Positions 12,736-25,160 of a stretch of 64,000 nucleotides of DNA are shown piece after piece. A program made the position numbers and the translations under genes. Below the pieces are notes generated by a model, which made no database searches, had not been told where the DNA came from, and saw only the letters and a list, made by a program, of their open reading frames with translations. This stretch comes from Mobula hypostoma (Eukaryota): assembly GCF_963921235.1 (NCBI RefSeq), contig NC_086108.1, positions 114,516,001 through 114,580,000 of the forward strand, given 5' to 3'. Position 1 is the stretch's first letter. Every line of letters begins with the position of its first letter.

Positions 12736-13199
12736 GGCAGTCCAGGGGCCACCCCTTACTGCACCCTTGCTGCAGGCCACAGTTGCAGAGCCAGTTCCTT
12801 GCTGATCAAATCGCACAAATGGAAAAACAAAAGCACTGGGAACATGAACGGCAGAATCCACCGACAGTGAGTGAAGGTGTCTGAACCTTGCAGCCTGGGA
12901 CCCAGACTCCTGCACCTTTTGCCAGCAGTACTGAGACGGAGACCAGTCAAATGCAGGCAGACCTTGTTGAGCATCCATTCGTTTTCTGCTTTTGTTGTCG
13001 TTGACTTTAATCTACCGAGGCGATCAAAACTTGCAGTGTTGGACCCAGGACTCACTGGCAGCAGAGGGAGAACAATCCAACGCAGGCAGTGCTGAACACC
13101 CATTTGTTTTCTGCTTCGTCCTGGTTGATTTTAATCGTGCTTGATGCTTTAATCAGCACGGAGTAATGGTAATGACCACTTGGTCATGTTCTGGCATTA

Positions 13200-14500
13200 G
13201 GAATATAGAACAGTACAGCACAGGAACAGCCATTCAGCCCACAATGTTGTGCAGAACCAGCGACAAAACAAATCAAAAACACCCAAACACTAATCCCTCC
13301 TACCTACACCACATCCATATCCCTCCGTCTTCCTCACATCCATGTGTCTATCCAAATGTTTCTTAAAAGCCTGCAATGTATTAGCCTCTACCACCATACC
13401 AGGCAACGCACTCCAGGCCTCCACCACTTCCTGAGTTAAAAACTTATCCCTCACATCTCCCTTGAACCTAACCCCTCTCACCTTCAATGTATGCCCTCTG
13501 GTGTTAGACATTTCTACCCTGAGAAACAGGTACTCCCTGTGTCTATGCCTCTCATAGCTTTGTAAACCTCTAACAGATCTCCCCTCAGCCTCCAGCACTC
13601 CTGAGAAAACAACCCAAGTTTATCCAGCCTCTTGTGATAGCACATGCCCTCTAAACCAGGCAGCATCCTGGTAAACCTCTTCTGCACCCTCTCCAAAGCT
13701 TCAACATCCTTTCCATAGTGGGACAATCAGAACTCTACGCAATACTCCAGAAGTGGCCTAACCAGAGTTTTATAAAGCTGCAACATAACCTCGTGACTTT
13801 GAACTCAATACCTCGGCTAATAAAAGGAAGCATTTCATAAGCCTTCTAAACCACCTTATAGACCTATGTTGCTGTTCTCAAGCAACAATAAACTTGGATC
13901 CCAGATCTATCTGCTCAGCAGCACTGTTAAGGATCTTGTCTGAGTACTATCTCTTTGCATTTGTCCTACCACGATTCAACACCTCACATTTAACTGGAAT
14001 CTACCATTTCTCTGCCCATATCTGCAATTGATCTATGTTGTCCTGTATTCTTTGCCAGTCTTTTACATTATCTACAACTTCACCAGTTTTGGTATCATCC
14101 ACAAATTTACTAACCACTGTCTACATTTTCATCCAGGTCATTTACAGTATGTACATCACAAACAAGAGGGCCCAGCACGGATCCCTGCGGAACTCTACTA
14201 ATTACAGACCTCCAGCCTGAATAAGTCCCTTTAACCACTACCCTCTGTCTTCTGTGTGCAAGCCAACTCTGAATCCACACAGCCAATTTGCCGCAGATCC
14301 TATGCATCCTAATCCTCTGAATTACCCTCCCACGAGGGACTTTGTCAAACACCTTACTAAAATACATGTAGACAGCATCCACTGCCCTACCCTCATCGAT
14401 TTCTCTTGTCACCTTGTCAAAAACCTCAGTCAAGTTCGTAAGATATGACCTGCCCTTCACAAAGCCATGCTGGTTCTCCCTAAATAGGCCAACCTTCTCT
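13200..14500 (-). mobile_element. CR1 ORF2 3' half, degraded
   Basis: ORFs 14110-14541 (QHGFVKGRS...FSKVFDKVP...VPQGSVLGP), 13514-13726 and 13290-13598. Confidence 0.88.
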
Positions 14501-15339
14501 CCTCTTGCTCTGAATGTATGTATAAAATGCCTTGGAATCAATGACCATCCCTACACTCTCCACTCTCAACCTCACCAAATCCCCCAGGAGATTGCAAAAG
14601 CATCAAAACATTTAGTCGGCTCAAAAATACAAAATTGAAATGTGAAGTTACAGGCTGCATCGATCAAAGTTCAGAAGAAGAGTATCTAGTCATTTCAAGA
14701 GCTGTCTGCAGGATCTCACCATTGCTGGCTGGTGCCACCTTGCTGGAGTTCAGAGGGTGGTTGAGTTCATGGCATTGGTAGGTTTGGAGTCACGTGGACA
14801 CACCAGATATGATAAGGATGGAAGGCTTCCCTGAGTGACATTTGTGAAGCAAGATGTGGTTTCTTACAGCAATTCAATTGATGGTGATGGGTACAGGGAG
14901 GGATTGGGTTGGGTGTCCTGGTTCTCACTGGAAATCAGAGGACAAGGGGTGATGTTTTAGAGGTTTGTCAAACCATGAGGGACTTAGAAAGGATAAAAAT
15001 AGCCTTTTCACCAGGTAGGGGAGTCTAAAACTAGAGGACACTGGTTTAAGGTGAGATGGAAGAAATTTAAAGGGGACCCGAATGGTAAGTTTTTCTATAC
15101 AGAGGTAGATGGGTTTATGGAACAAGCTGCCAGAGAAAGTGGTAGAGGTGGTTACAATTACAATGTTTAAAGACATTTGAACGGGTATATGGAGAGCTGG
15201 ATAGCAGGATGGAGATAAGTCCCTTCCAAAGGAGGTGTTAAGGCTCTGCTTCCCTCCATGAGCCTGCAGGTCTCCCTTGGGCAAGGTGTAGCACCAGCTT
15301 ACCCTCCCCACCCCAGTCAGGATAAACCCACAGCACACT

Positions 15340-15811
15340 ATTGGTCACCAGCGTCTAACCAGAAAAGGTTCCCTTGATTCTCACTGTCTGCCTCCTGCCA
15401 GTCAGACAATCTTCTAGTACCTTTCCTGTAATACCATGATCTCTTATTTTGTTTCAAGGACAGAGCCTTATCAAAGGCCTTCTGAAAATCCAAATAAACA
15501 ACATCAATTGACTCTCTTTTGTCTATCCTGCCTGCTATTTTCTCAAAGAATTCCAACAGACTTGTCAGGCAAGACTTCTCCTTTAGAAAACAATGCCCAC
15601 TTTGGCCTATTTTATCGTGTGTCTCCAGGTATCCTGAAACCTCATCCTTAATAATGGACACCAACATCTTCCCAACTACTTAAGTCAGACTAACCGGCCT
15701 ATAGTTTCCTTTCTTCTGCTTCCTTCCCTTCTTAAAGAGTGAAGTGACATTTGCAATTTTCCAATCCTCCAGAACCATTCCAGAATCTAATGATTCTTGA
15801 AAGATCATTAC
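15340..15811 (-). mobile_element. CR1 ORF2 fragment interrupted by a Gypsy element (resumes at ~17766)
   Basis: ORF 15338-15667 has VYLDFQKAFDK. The sequence gaaagatcattac continues as taatgactccacaatctc after 17765. Confidence 0.8.
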
Positions 15812-17765
15812 TGTAGTGTATCTAATATTTCTGTAACCTTGTAAATATATTTTAATATGCATGTTTTTGTTTGGTTACATAATTCGTTGTGTTATACACA
15901 AGAAATACTTGAAAAACATATGCCATTACTCCACCCATGTCACATGCTTCACTAAAGAAAAACAAAGTTGATAAGACATATCCCGGCTCCTATATTTGTT
16001 TTCTTCAATTAGTTTCTGGAGTTACAAAACATAACAGTGGGGACAAGGAAGTTTAAAAAAGTGAGAAGACTTCCTACTTGTTGAAGAGCATCATATCTTT
16101 GTTTGGAAGGAGACAGAGACTTTGGAGTTAAAGAAAAAGGCAGAAAATGGACAAAATTAACAAGAATTCAACTACGGACATGGATTCATGCAATACCAGG
16201 TCATAATATAATAAATTAAAAAGGAGAAATGGCTGGCTACATTGGAAAGATAGATATATTCAATTACACAACCGATAACCAGATGATGTAAACTGAGTGA
16301 ATTGAACAGTATTTTGAAGCAAATGAAATAGCCAATGAAATACAAGTGGCAGCTTTGCTGAGTGCATTAGGTGGAAAAGAATACAATTTGCTTAGAAGTT
16401 TAGCTGCTCCAGCCAAACCAGTTGAAATGAGCTTTGCTGATATCATGGAAGTCATGCAGGAACATTTAGAACAGTAACAATTGTTGATTGCAGAACAATT
16501 TAGGTTTCATAAGCAGGATCAAAAGGAAGGTGAGTCAACTTCAGCTTAGATGGCTGAATTGATGAAATTGTCCGAGCATTGTCAGTTTAGTGATAGGCTT
16601 AATAATGCACTGAGAGATTGTTTACTTTGGGGTATCTTACATGAAAGCATTCAAAAACAGCTACTAACTGAAGAACATCTTACATCTAAAAAGAGTAATT
16701 GAAATCACAGTATCAATAGCAGACAGAGATGCAATTGAGTTGCAGTGAGGAACGAAAGTGAGCATGAAGAAAAATGCGAAGTCTAAACAAAAACCTGCTG
16801 TGCTGAACAAATTGTGTGACCATTGTGGCAGGGGCTAACATACAACAGGCTAATACAGGTTTAAAGGTGAAACTTGCTAAAAATACAACAAAATAAGACA
16901 CATAGAACAAATGGACTGCACAGGGAAGAAACAAAGATAAAATATCAAGATATGCTGCTGATAAAATATCTGTATGCTGCTGATGAAAAATCCGTTGGTG
17001 ATGAGCGTGACACAGGACTGCATAGCCTTGAGATTTACAATGTGAAAACTAACAAGAGGCAAGTAATATGGTTTACACCTGAAGTGAATGGCAAATTAGT
17101 TAAAATGGAATTGGACACTGGCTCTGGTGTTTCAGTCATTACACAAAATAAGTTTGTACAGCATTTCAAAGATACTGAACTGAAGCCTGCATATATCCCA
17201 CTAAGAACTTATAATGGAGAACTAATAATTCCTGAGGGGATGACAGCCAACAAGCTGCAATGGGCTTGTATGTGCTAAAAACGGAAGGGACAACATGGTG
17301 AACCGTGATTGGCTGAGACAACTACAACTTGACTGGAGATCCATTCGCCATTTGCATGCAACATTCTCTGGAACACAGTGAAAGGTACTGGATGATGCTA
17401 CAGAGTGTTCAAGGGTGGCATTGAAACATTCAGATATATCAAGGGTAAAATAGTGTTGAATGAAAACGCCACAAAGTTCTACCTAGCCCGTCCAGTTCCT
17501 TATCCCCTCACGATAAAGTAGCCAGTGACTAGAATGCAGCAGGGAGGAGTGTTGTGTATTTAATATTTGAGAACTATTATAAAAATACTGCTTGATTACT
17601 CATTTTGTTTATGTTGTTCATTATGTAGGAAGTAAGTGAAAGCAATATGCCAATCCACCAGCTCGTCATATGTGAGAGCCTCTCTAAAGAGAAACTAAGT
17701 AGACAGAAAAACCCCGACTCCTGAGTTTTCCTTTCAAGTAGTTTCTGGAGTTACAAACCATATCA
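15812..17765 (+). mobile_element. Degraded, internally deleted Gypsy-type LTR retrotransposon (LTR-PBS-gag-protease-PPT-LTR)
   Basis: TG...CA LTRs at 15812-16036 and 17550-17765 share ends (tgtagtgta/tgttgtgta...agtttctggagttacaaa). PBS-like gtggggacaagg at 16037, PPT agggaggag before 17550. Gag-like EQYFEANEI...ERFRF-type remnant. Aspartic protease VKMELDTGSGVSVI in ORF 16874-17278. No RT or integrase. Confidence 0.85.
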
Positions 17766-17819
17766 ATGATTAATGACTCCACAATCTCTTCATCTACCTC
17801 TTTCAGAACCTTGGGTTCA

Positions 17820-18295
17820 GGTGTAACCCATCCCTTTTGTACAGGTCATACCTTTACCAGAGAGACCTCAATGATCTAGCAACCTGGAACCCTTTCCCCT
17901 TCACCAGTTCCTCTGCCAGGCATTCATCTGTCAAATCATCCTATTCTTACCCTCACTGGTGCATGGCACAGTCAGCAATCCAGAGATTATGACCCTGGAG
18001 GTCCTGCTGTTCAGCATTCTGCCTGATTCCCTAAATTCTCTTTTCAGGACCTCCTCCCTTTCTCTAACTACCAGTATGTACCTCAACATCTGGCTGTTTA
18101 CCCTTCCCCCTTTAGAATGGCACGGACCTGCTCCGAGGTATCCCTGACCCAGGAACCTGGGAGGCACCATACCGTCCAGGTGTCTCTTTCATGTCCACAG
18201 ATTCTGCTTTCTGCTCCTCTAATTATGGAGTCCCCTGTTGCTGCAGTACTCCTTTTCTCCCTCCTTTCTCTTCCGAGCCACAGAGCCAGACTCAG
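17820..18295 (-). mobile_element. CR1 ORF1 (esterase) fragment
   Basis: ORF 17931-18170 EEVLKREFRE...RTSRVIISGLL is homologous to ORF1 at 11755-12453. Confidence 0.8.
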
Positions 18296-19199
18296 ATGTG
18301 TAGAAAGTAGAGGTGTTGGTGAGCTTCCTGACTGTATAGGATGTGTTCTGGGACCGTGAGGGGCTGTGTGTGACGTGCACTCTCAGGAGTGCGGAAGTGC
18401 TCAGTTCCACCGCTGTGCCGCTGATGTAACGGGGAGGGGGTAGGGATTGGTGGAGAGGTAAAGTGCATGGACAATGGGTCCAATTCCATGGAGAAGTGAG
18501 TGGTTTAATCTACCCCAGAGACATTAACAGCTTTTAACACCGGTGGCAGAGACGCTGATGGATTGAACTGTGTTAGTGCAGACAGCAGGGTGCTGATTAT
18601 CAAGTGGTTTTGTCAGTGTCACTGCTGGAGGGGGAGGGGGGAGGGAGCGGTGAGGGTGGGAGACAGAAGAGGGAGCAAGGACAGCAAAAGGAAGTGGGGT
18701 GGATGAAGAGGTGTGGGATGAGGGAGCATGGGAGAGCGGAGGAGTGACAAGGAAGGAGGAAGAGGGGACACAGCAGGGTACTGGCAATAGGAGAGAGGGA
18801 AGGAATGGGATGGGTTGGGATGGGATTAGGACTGCGATAGGGACTGGGATGGGCTCCAGGATGGGTGCCCTAATACAGACATAGTCCTGGCAGCTCTGGC
18901 ACGGAGACCATTCCCTACTGAACATCTAGTGAACAGCCACATCACCCAAAGGCAGCTTGTGTCTCCCCAATTCCTTCCCATGATGCCCTGATGGCAGCTG
19001 TAGGAGCTGCTTGAGCACAGTAAGATCCCACAGGAGTGAACAGTCGTTTCCTTCTGTCAGTAGAAGTGACAGACACAGGCCTCTGAGCAAGAGAGGACAG
19101 ACATCTGGCAGAGAGCACTGTTCACATTCACTGTTGGATAGATGGGAGCTCAGGAAACATTCCTGAAATTGTAGAACGCCTACGGGTTTTTATTTTTTA

Positions 19200-19780
19200 A
19201 AAGAGCAGCTTGTGGTTGAACCCACTAGAGGATCAACTATTTTGGCTTGAGTGTCGTGCAATCAACTGGAATTAATTAGAGAGCTTAACGTAAGGGAACC
19301 TTCAGGGAACAGTGATCATTATATGACAGAATTCACCCTGCAATCTGAGAAGGAGAATCTAAAGTCAGATATATCAGTATTATCACAAACAAGAAAAAAT
19401 CTGCAGATGCTGGAAATCCGAACAGCAAATGCAAAATGCTGGAGGAACTCAGCAGGCCAGGCAGCATCAATGGAAAAAAGTACAGTAGACGTTTTGGGCC
19501 AAAACCCTTCAGCGGGACCTTCTTTTCTGGTAAAAGGTTTTGACCTGAAATGTTGACTGTACTTTTTTCCATAGATGCTGCCTGGCCTGCTGAGTTCCTC
19601 CAGCATTTTGTGTGTGTTTATTAGTATTTATAGTGGAGTTTATGGAATTACAGAGGCATAAGAGAGGACCTGGCCAAAACTTATTGGAAGGGAACACTAG
19701 CAGGGATGACAGAAGAACAACAATGGCTGGAGTTTCTGGGAGCAATTCAGAAGGCACAGGATAGATACCCAACTACAGAA
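19200..19780 (+). mobile_element. CR1 endonuclease-region fragment with a palindromic Penelope-derived insert (~19385-19620)
   Basis: LIRELNVREPSGNSDHYMTEF (APE SDH motif). The insert has inverted arms gctggaggaactcagcaggccaggcagcatc / gatgctgcctggcctgctgagttcctccagc. Confidence 0.75.
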
Positions 19781-19804
19781 ACTTAGAGACTAGTTATCAA
19801 ATCT

Positions 19805-20259
19805 AGGCTAAACTCAGGTTGGAGGAGCAACACCTCATATATCGCCTAGGTAGTCTCCAGCCCCTTAGTATGAACATAGAATTCTCCAACTTCCGGTAAT
19901 TCCCTCCCCCTCCCTTCCTCTATCCCTATGTCACTCTGCCCCCTCCCCCAGCTGCCTATCACCTCCCTCATGGTTCCACCTCCTTCTACTACCCATTGTG
20001 TTTTCCCCTATTCCTTCTTCATCTTTCCTGCCTATCACCTCCCTGCTTCCCCTCCCCCACCCCTTTATCGTTCCCCTTACTGGTTTTTCACCTGGAACCT
20101 ACCAGCCTTCTCCTTCCCACCCTCCCCCTACCTTCTTTATAGGGCCTCTGCCCCTTCCCTCTTCAGTCCTGACGAAGGCTTCCGGCCCGAAACATCGACT
20201 CATCGTTTCCACGGATGCTGCCTGACCTGCTGATTTCCTCCAGCGTGTTGTGAGTGTTG
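19805..20259 (+). mobile_element. 5'-truncated Penelope-like element (end of endonuclease ORF, 3' UTR, hammerhead module)
   Basis: Encodes AKLRLEEQHLIYRLGSLQPLSMNIEFSNFR*, then a pyrimidine-rich UTR, the HHR motif and the end ...gagtgttg. Confidence 0.85.
20165..20200 (+). ncRNA. Minimal type-I hammerhead ribozyme motif
   Basis: AGTC-CTGACGA-AGGCTTCCGGCCC-GAAA-CATC-GACT. Perfect stem I AGTC/GACT. The triplet is AUC here instead of GUC. Confidence 0.65.
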
Positions 20260-20289
20260 CTATCCATACTATCTTTTGGCCTTAACAGT

Positions 20290-20750
20290 TACATACTTAG
20301 GTACTGATTACAATGTTTCAGCAGTAAATCAACCATCTTCCTCAGGCACAAGTTAGTCAAATGACAAGTCCCACTAGAGACATCTCCTTATATACCCTCA
20401 CAAGTGAGCAGGGTATGGGTGGAGCTTAATGTTCAATCCTGATTGGTTGGATTTGAATTGCCTATTTCTGACAGGTTAGCTTGAATTGGCCTTGTTCTGA
20501 TGGTCAATGTTTTAGGCCAAACCCTTTTTAGGAAAGTGTGGTCCCAGACTGGAGCTACTTTCACACTCTTAGAACATACATTTCGGCCCTTGACATGCTC
20601 CATCTCTAGTGATTCCATAATTTTTTTCTCTTGTAGGCATTCTCTTCCTTACCAAGGATGTTGGCCTCACCAAACCTTGGTCTACATGAACATGACAGGT
20701 AGTGTTCAACAATCCCACTTCGTCCTGCTCTCCGGTTTTAAAGGCACTTG
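20290..20750 (-). mobile_element. Second, different Penelope-like family fragment with a degenerate hammerhead-like motif
   Basis: Minus strand resembles a GIY-YIG tail (SGIVEH...ILGKEENAYKRK/IMESLEM, frameshifted), followed by CTGAGGA-agatggttgatttactgct-GAAA-catt at ~20312-20346. Confidence 0.55.
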
Positions 20751-20759
20751 AAAGCTTGA

Positions 20760-21250
20760 ATAAAGTGGGACTGCTAGGCTAACTGAAATGCCTGAAAGTA
20801 GATACGTCACCTGGTCCAGATGGTCTACAGCCCAGAGTTCTGAAAGAAGTGGCTGAAGAGATTATGGAGGCATTAGTAATGATCTTCCAAGAATCAATTG
20901 ATTCTGGCATGGTTCCAGAGTACTGGAAAATTGCAAATGTTGCTCCACACTTCAAGAAGGGAGAGAGGCAGAAGAAATGAAATCACCAGTCAATTACCTG
21001 ACAATGGTTGGAAAGATGTTAAAGTCAATTGTTAAAGATGTGGTTTTGGAGTACTTGGCGGCACATGATAAAATAGGGAAAATCTTGCTTGACCAATGTG
21101 TTGGAATTCTGTGAAGAATAACAAGCAGAATAGACAAAGGAGAATTGGTTGATTTGTGTACTTGGATTTTCAGAGGACCTTGGACAAGGTGCCACACATG
21201 AGGCTGCTTAACGAATTAAGAACCCATGGTATGAGAGAAAGGCTATTAGC
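20760..21250 (+). mobile_element. CR1 ORF2 fragment
   Basis: SPGPDGL, IFQESIDSGMVPEYWKIANV and DKVPHMRLL motifs. Confidence 0.8.
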
Positions 21251-21904
21251 ATACTCTACTTCAGTGCCCCCCTCCCATAGCCCCTCCTCTGACTCAGTGC
21301 TGGAGATCGACATGCAGATGTAGCACAGCCATACTGAATTAACACTGACTGATAACTTCCTCTGCTCTGAGACAGGATATGATTATTTTCCCAAATTTGT
21401 GGCCATGTATCCGCCTTGTTTGAACCTTCAAAGTGTGGGGCCGGTGGAGATTAGTACCCTGGCCCACGCAACCTTTATCCCATCACTGCTCTGCAGACTA
21501 AATATTTTCACAACCAATTCCTCAACCCACTCAACTGGATGCAATCTGTGACCCTCCACCGGACAAAACAGCCTGTCAATTCACACCTTTTATCCAGAGA
21601 CTTCCTTCCAGCTCGATCCTAATTGCTTGATGTTGCAGGTCATACTCTCTCGGGCTGTTACCTCAGCGTCGAAGTATAAAGTGGGTCTGACACAGGTGCT
21701 GAGGGCAGGGGTGTTGTGAAGGTTCAGTACAGTGGATTGGAATCAGAAACTGAATCAGGCTTGTTATCATGAAATGTGTTGTTTTGTGGCAGTGGTACAG
21801 AGCCATATTTAAAGATTACTATAGGTTACATAAGGAACTGTGCTAAAGAGAAATAGTGTGGTAGTGTTCATGGATCATTTGGGAATCTGACCGTGGAGGT
21901 GAAG

Positions 21905-23215
21905 AAGCTCCAAGTGTGGTCTCACGAGTGCCTTATAGAGCCTCAACATCACATCCCGGCTCTTATATTCTATACCTCTAGAAATGAATGCCAACATTGC
22001 ATTTGCCTTCTTCACAACCGACTCAACCTGGAGGTTAACCTTTAGGGTATCCTGCAGAAGGACTCCCGAGTCCCTTTGCATCTCTACGTTTCAAATTCTC
22101 TCCCCATCTAAATAATAGTCTGCCCGTTTATTTCTTCCACCAATGTGCATGACCATACACTTTCAAACATTGTATTTCATTTGCCACTTCTTTTCCCATT
22201 CCCGTAAACTATCCAAGTCTCTCCACAGGCTTTCTGTTTCCTCAACACTACCCGCTCCTCCATCTATCTTTGTATCATTGGCAAATTTAGCCACAAATCC
22301 ATTAATCCCATAGTCCAAATCATTGACATGCATCGTAAAAAGCAGCAGTCCCAACACTGTCCCTTGTGGAATTCCACTGGTAACCAGCAGCCAGCCAGAA
22401 TAGGATCCCTTTATTCCCACTCTCTGTTTTCTGCTGATCAGCCAGTGCTCCACCCATGTTAGTAACTTCCCTGTAATTCCATGGGATCTTATCTCAATAA
22501 GCAGCCTCATATGTGGCACCTTGTCAAAGGCTTTATGAAAATCCAAGTACACCACATCTACTGCATCTCCTTTGTCTACCCTGCTTGTAATTTCCTCAAA
22601 AAAATTGCAAATTAGTCAGTGAGGATTTTCTTTTCAAGAAACCATGCTGGGTTTGGCCTATCTTGTCATGTGCCTCCAGGTACTCCATAATCTCATCCCT
22701 AACAAGTGATTCCAAAAGTTTCCCAACCACTGATGTCAGGCTAAGAGGTCTATAGTTTCCTTTCTGCTGCCTCCCACCGTTCTTAAATAGCGGAGTAACA
22801 TTTGCAATTTTCCAGTCATCCAGTACAATGCCAGAATCTATCGATTCTTGAAAGATCATTGTTAATGCCTCTATAGTCTCTCCAGCTACTTCCTTCAGAA
22901 CCCGAGGGTGCATTCCATCAGGTCCAGGAGATTTATCCACCCTCAGATCATTAAGCTTCCTGAGCACCTTCTCAGTCGTAATTTTCACTGCACAAACTTC
23001 ACTTCCCTGACACTTTTGAATGTTCGGTATACCGCAGACATCTTCCACTGTGAAGACTGATGCAAAATACGCAATCAGTTCCTCTGCCATCTCTGCATCT
23101 CTCATTACAATACCTCCAGCATCATTTTGTATTGGTCCTGTATCTACCCTCGACTCTCTTTTACCCTTTATGTACTAAAAAAAGCTTTTAGTATCTTCTT
23201 TGATATTAATTGCCA
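21905..23215 (-). mobile_element. CR1 ORF2 fragment
   Basis: ORFs 22596-23105, 22163-22555 (VYLDFHKAFDKVPH, GIPQG, KFANDT) and 21875-22081. Confidence 0.9.
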
Positions 23216-23534
23216 GCTGGTATGCTGTGGTCATCTGTTGCTGTAGCCTATCCACTTCCAGGTTCAAAATGTTGTGCATTCAGAGATGCTGCTCTGCACA
23301 GCACTGTTGTAATGGGTAGGTATTTGAAATTAATATGGAGATCAAGCTGTTGCCCATGTAGCAAGCTCCCCCTCTCCATACAGCTAATGAACCCAAAGGA
23401 ACGGCGCAGACTGATACAGTTTGGTACCAGCAGCATCATGGGATATTCTAGTCCGCTTTGAACTCAGTGTAAGACAGTCTCATGTACTCTAGTTCTGGAT
23501 TTTTCCCTCGGAGTTTACCCCTGAAGCCTTCTCC

Positions 23535-24315
23535 AGTAAGGCAGGCAAATGCAATGTTAGTATTCATTCCAAGGGGACTGGAATATACAAATAAGGGTGT
23601 AATGCTGAGGCCTTATAAGTCATTGGTCAGACCACACTTGGAGTATTGTGAGCAGTTCTGGGCCCTTTACCTAAGAAAAGATATGCTAGCATTGGAGACC
23701 ATCCACAGGAGGTTTATAAGAAGTATCCCAGGAATGAATGGGTTAACATATGAGGAGCATTTGGCTCTGGGCGTGTACTCATTGGAGTTTAGAAGAATGA
23801 GAGGGGATCTCATGGAAAACTATTCAACATTGAAAGGCCCGGATAGAGTGGATGTGGAGAGCATGTGTCCTATCATGGTGGAGTCTAGGACCAGAAGGCA
23901 CAGCCTCAGAACTGAGAGACTGAGAGATGCGGCGAAATTTCTGTAGCCAGAAGGTGGTGAATTTGTGGAGTTTGTTGCCACATGAAACTGTGGAGGCCAG
24001 GTCGTTGAGTGTATTTAAGGCAGAGATTGATAGGTTCTTGATTGGACACGGCATCAAAGGTTATGGGGAGGAGGTCGGGTACAGGGGTTGAGGAGGAGAC
24101 AGTAAAAAGGATCAGCCATGATTGAATGGTGGAGCAGATCCGATGGGCCAGATAACCTAATTCCCCTCCTATGTTTCATGGTCTTCTAGGTGTTAAAGTT
24201 ACGGGAAAGGCAGTGGAATGGGGTTGAGAGGGATAATAAATCAGCCATGATGGAATAATGGAACAGACCCAATGGGCCAAATGGCCTAATTCTCCTAGTC
24301 TTCCCATCTTATGAA
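23535..24315 (+). mobile_element. CR1 3' end(s)
   Basis: ORF 23482-23946 LVRPHLEYC...RRMRGDL. The 3' UTR hairpin and tail (gatgggcc...cctaattc) are present twice. Confidence 0.8.
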
Positions 24316-24768
24316 AATAAATATATATATAATTGTAATTTACAGTATATTTTACATATTGTAAAGTACTGCTGCCACAAAACAACAAATTTCATGACAT
24401 AAGCAGATGGTAATAAACCTGATTCTCATTCTGAACGTGACAAGGTCTTTCTCAAGGTGTGTGTGATAGCCAGTGAGGGGTTAATGACTGGGGTGTAGGG
24501 TTAATGTCTGTGTGGCAGCCAGTGAGGGTTACTAGATGAGGTGAGGGGTTAAGGATTGGGGGGAGGGTTTAATGATTGGGGGGAGGGGTTAATGTCTGTG
24601 TGGCAGGCAGGGAGGGGTTAATAGCTGGGGCAGCAGTCGCTGCTTTTGGGAGGGGCTGCTGCTGGCAGAGGGACAGTGCTGGGCAGAGCTGACTTGCACA
24701 GACATGACGAGTGTCTCTCCCTGCAGGCGTTGGATGCGAACACAAATCACAGCTGCCACAGACCGTAC

Positions 24769-24846
24769 CAATGCCGTGCCGTTGAAACTCTGTCCCGTTC
24801 CAGACACTGGCACTGAATAGCTTTGATCAGATTGCCGATCGCAAGG
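24769..24846 (-). CDS. Candidate host-gene exon B (78 nt, phase 2 to 2): LAIGNLIKAIQCQCLERDRVSTARH
   Basis: Non-repeat, CpG-containing. Acceptor ccttttctctgtgtgacAG (24848-24847), donor TTG|GTACGG. An alternative donor CAA|GTCAGC at 24694 gives a 153-nt phase-0 exon in another open frame. Confidence 0.5.
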
Positions 24847-24947
24847 CTGTCACACAGAGAAAAGGCCGCTGGCGCTCAGATAAACAGAAACTGCTGGAAA
24901 TCTGAGCACGTCAGCAGGGTCCAGGGCCAGGGGAAGGAGTTGATGTC

Positions 24948-25160
24948 ACGCTAGCGTAGTGGCTTGTGCAGTGCTTCACAGAACCAGTGATGGGTTCAAA
25001 TCCCACCGCAGTCTGTAAGGAGTTTATATGTTCCCCTCTGATCGTGTGGGATTCCCCCGGGTGTTCCTTTTCCCTCCCACAGTTCAAAGGCGTACAGGTT
25101 AGGGTCAGTAACTCGTGCAAATGCTGTGGCAGTACTGGAACATGGCAGCACATCTCAACA
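24948..25160 (+). mobile_element. tRNA-derived V-SINE (HE1-like)
   Basis: A-box-like tagcgtagtgg, B-box ggttcaaatccc, V-core ctgtaaggagttt...cgggtgttcc...ctcccaca. Confidence 0.7.

Noticed and set aside
12776..12866. Plus-strand exon-like segment (PQLQSQFLADQIAQMEKQKHWEHERQNPPT, AG...GTGAGT)
   Set aside because: Isolated, with no partner plus-strand exons found, and antisense to the better-supported gene.
24948..25010. tRNA gene
   Set aside because: Only A/B-box-like remnants followed by a SINE core, with no complete cloverleaf.
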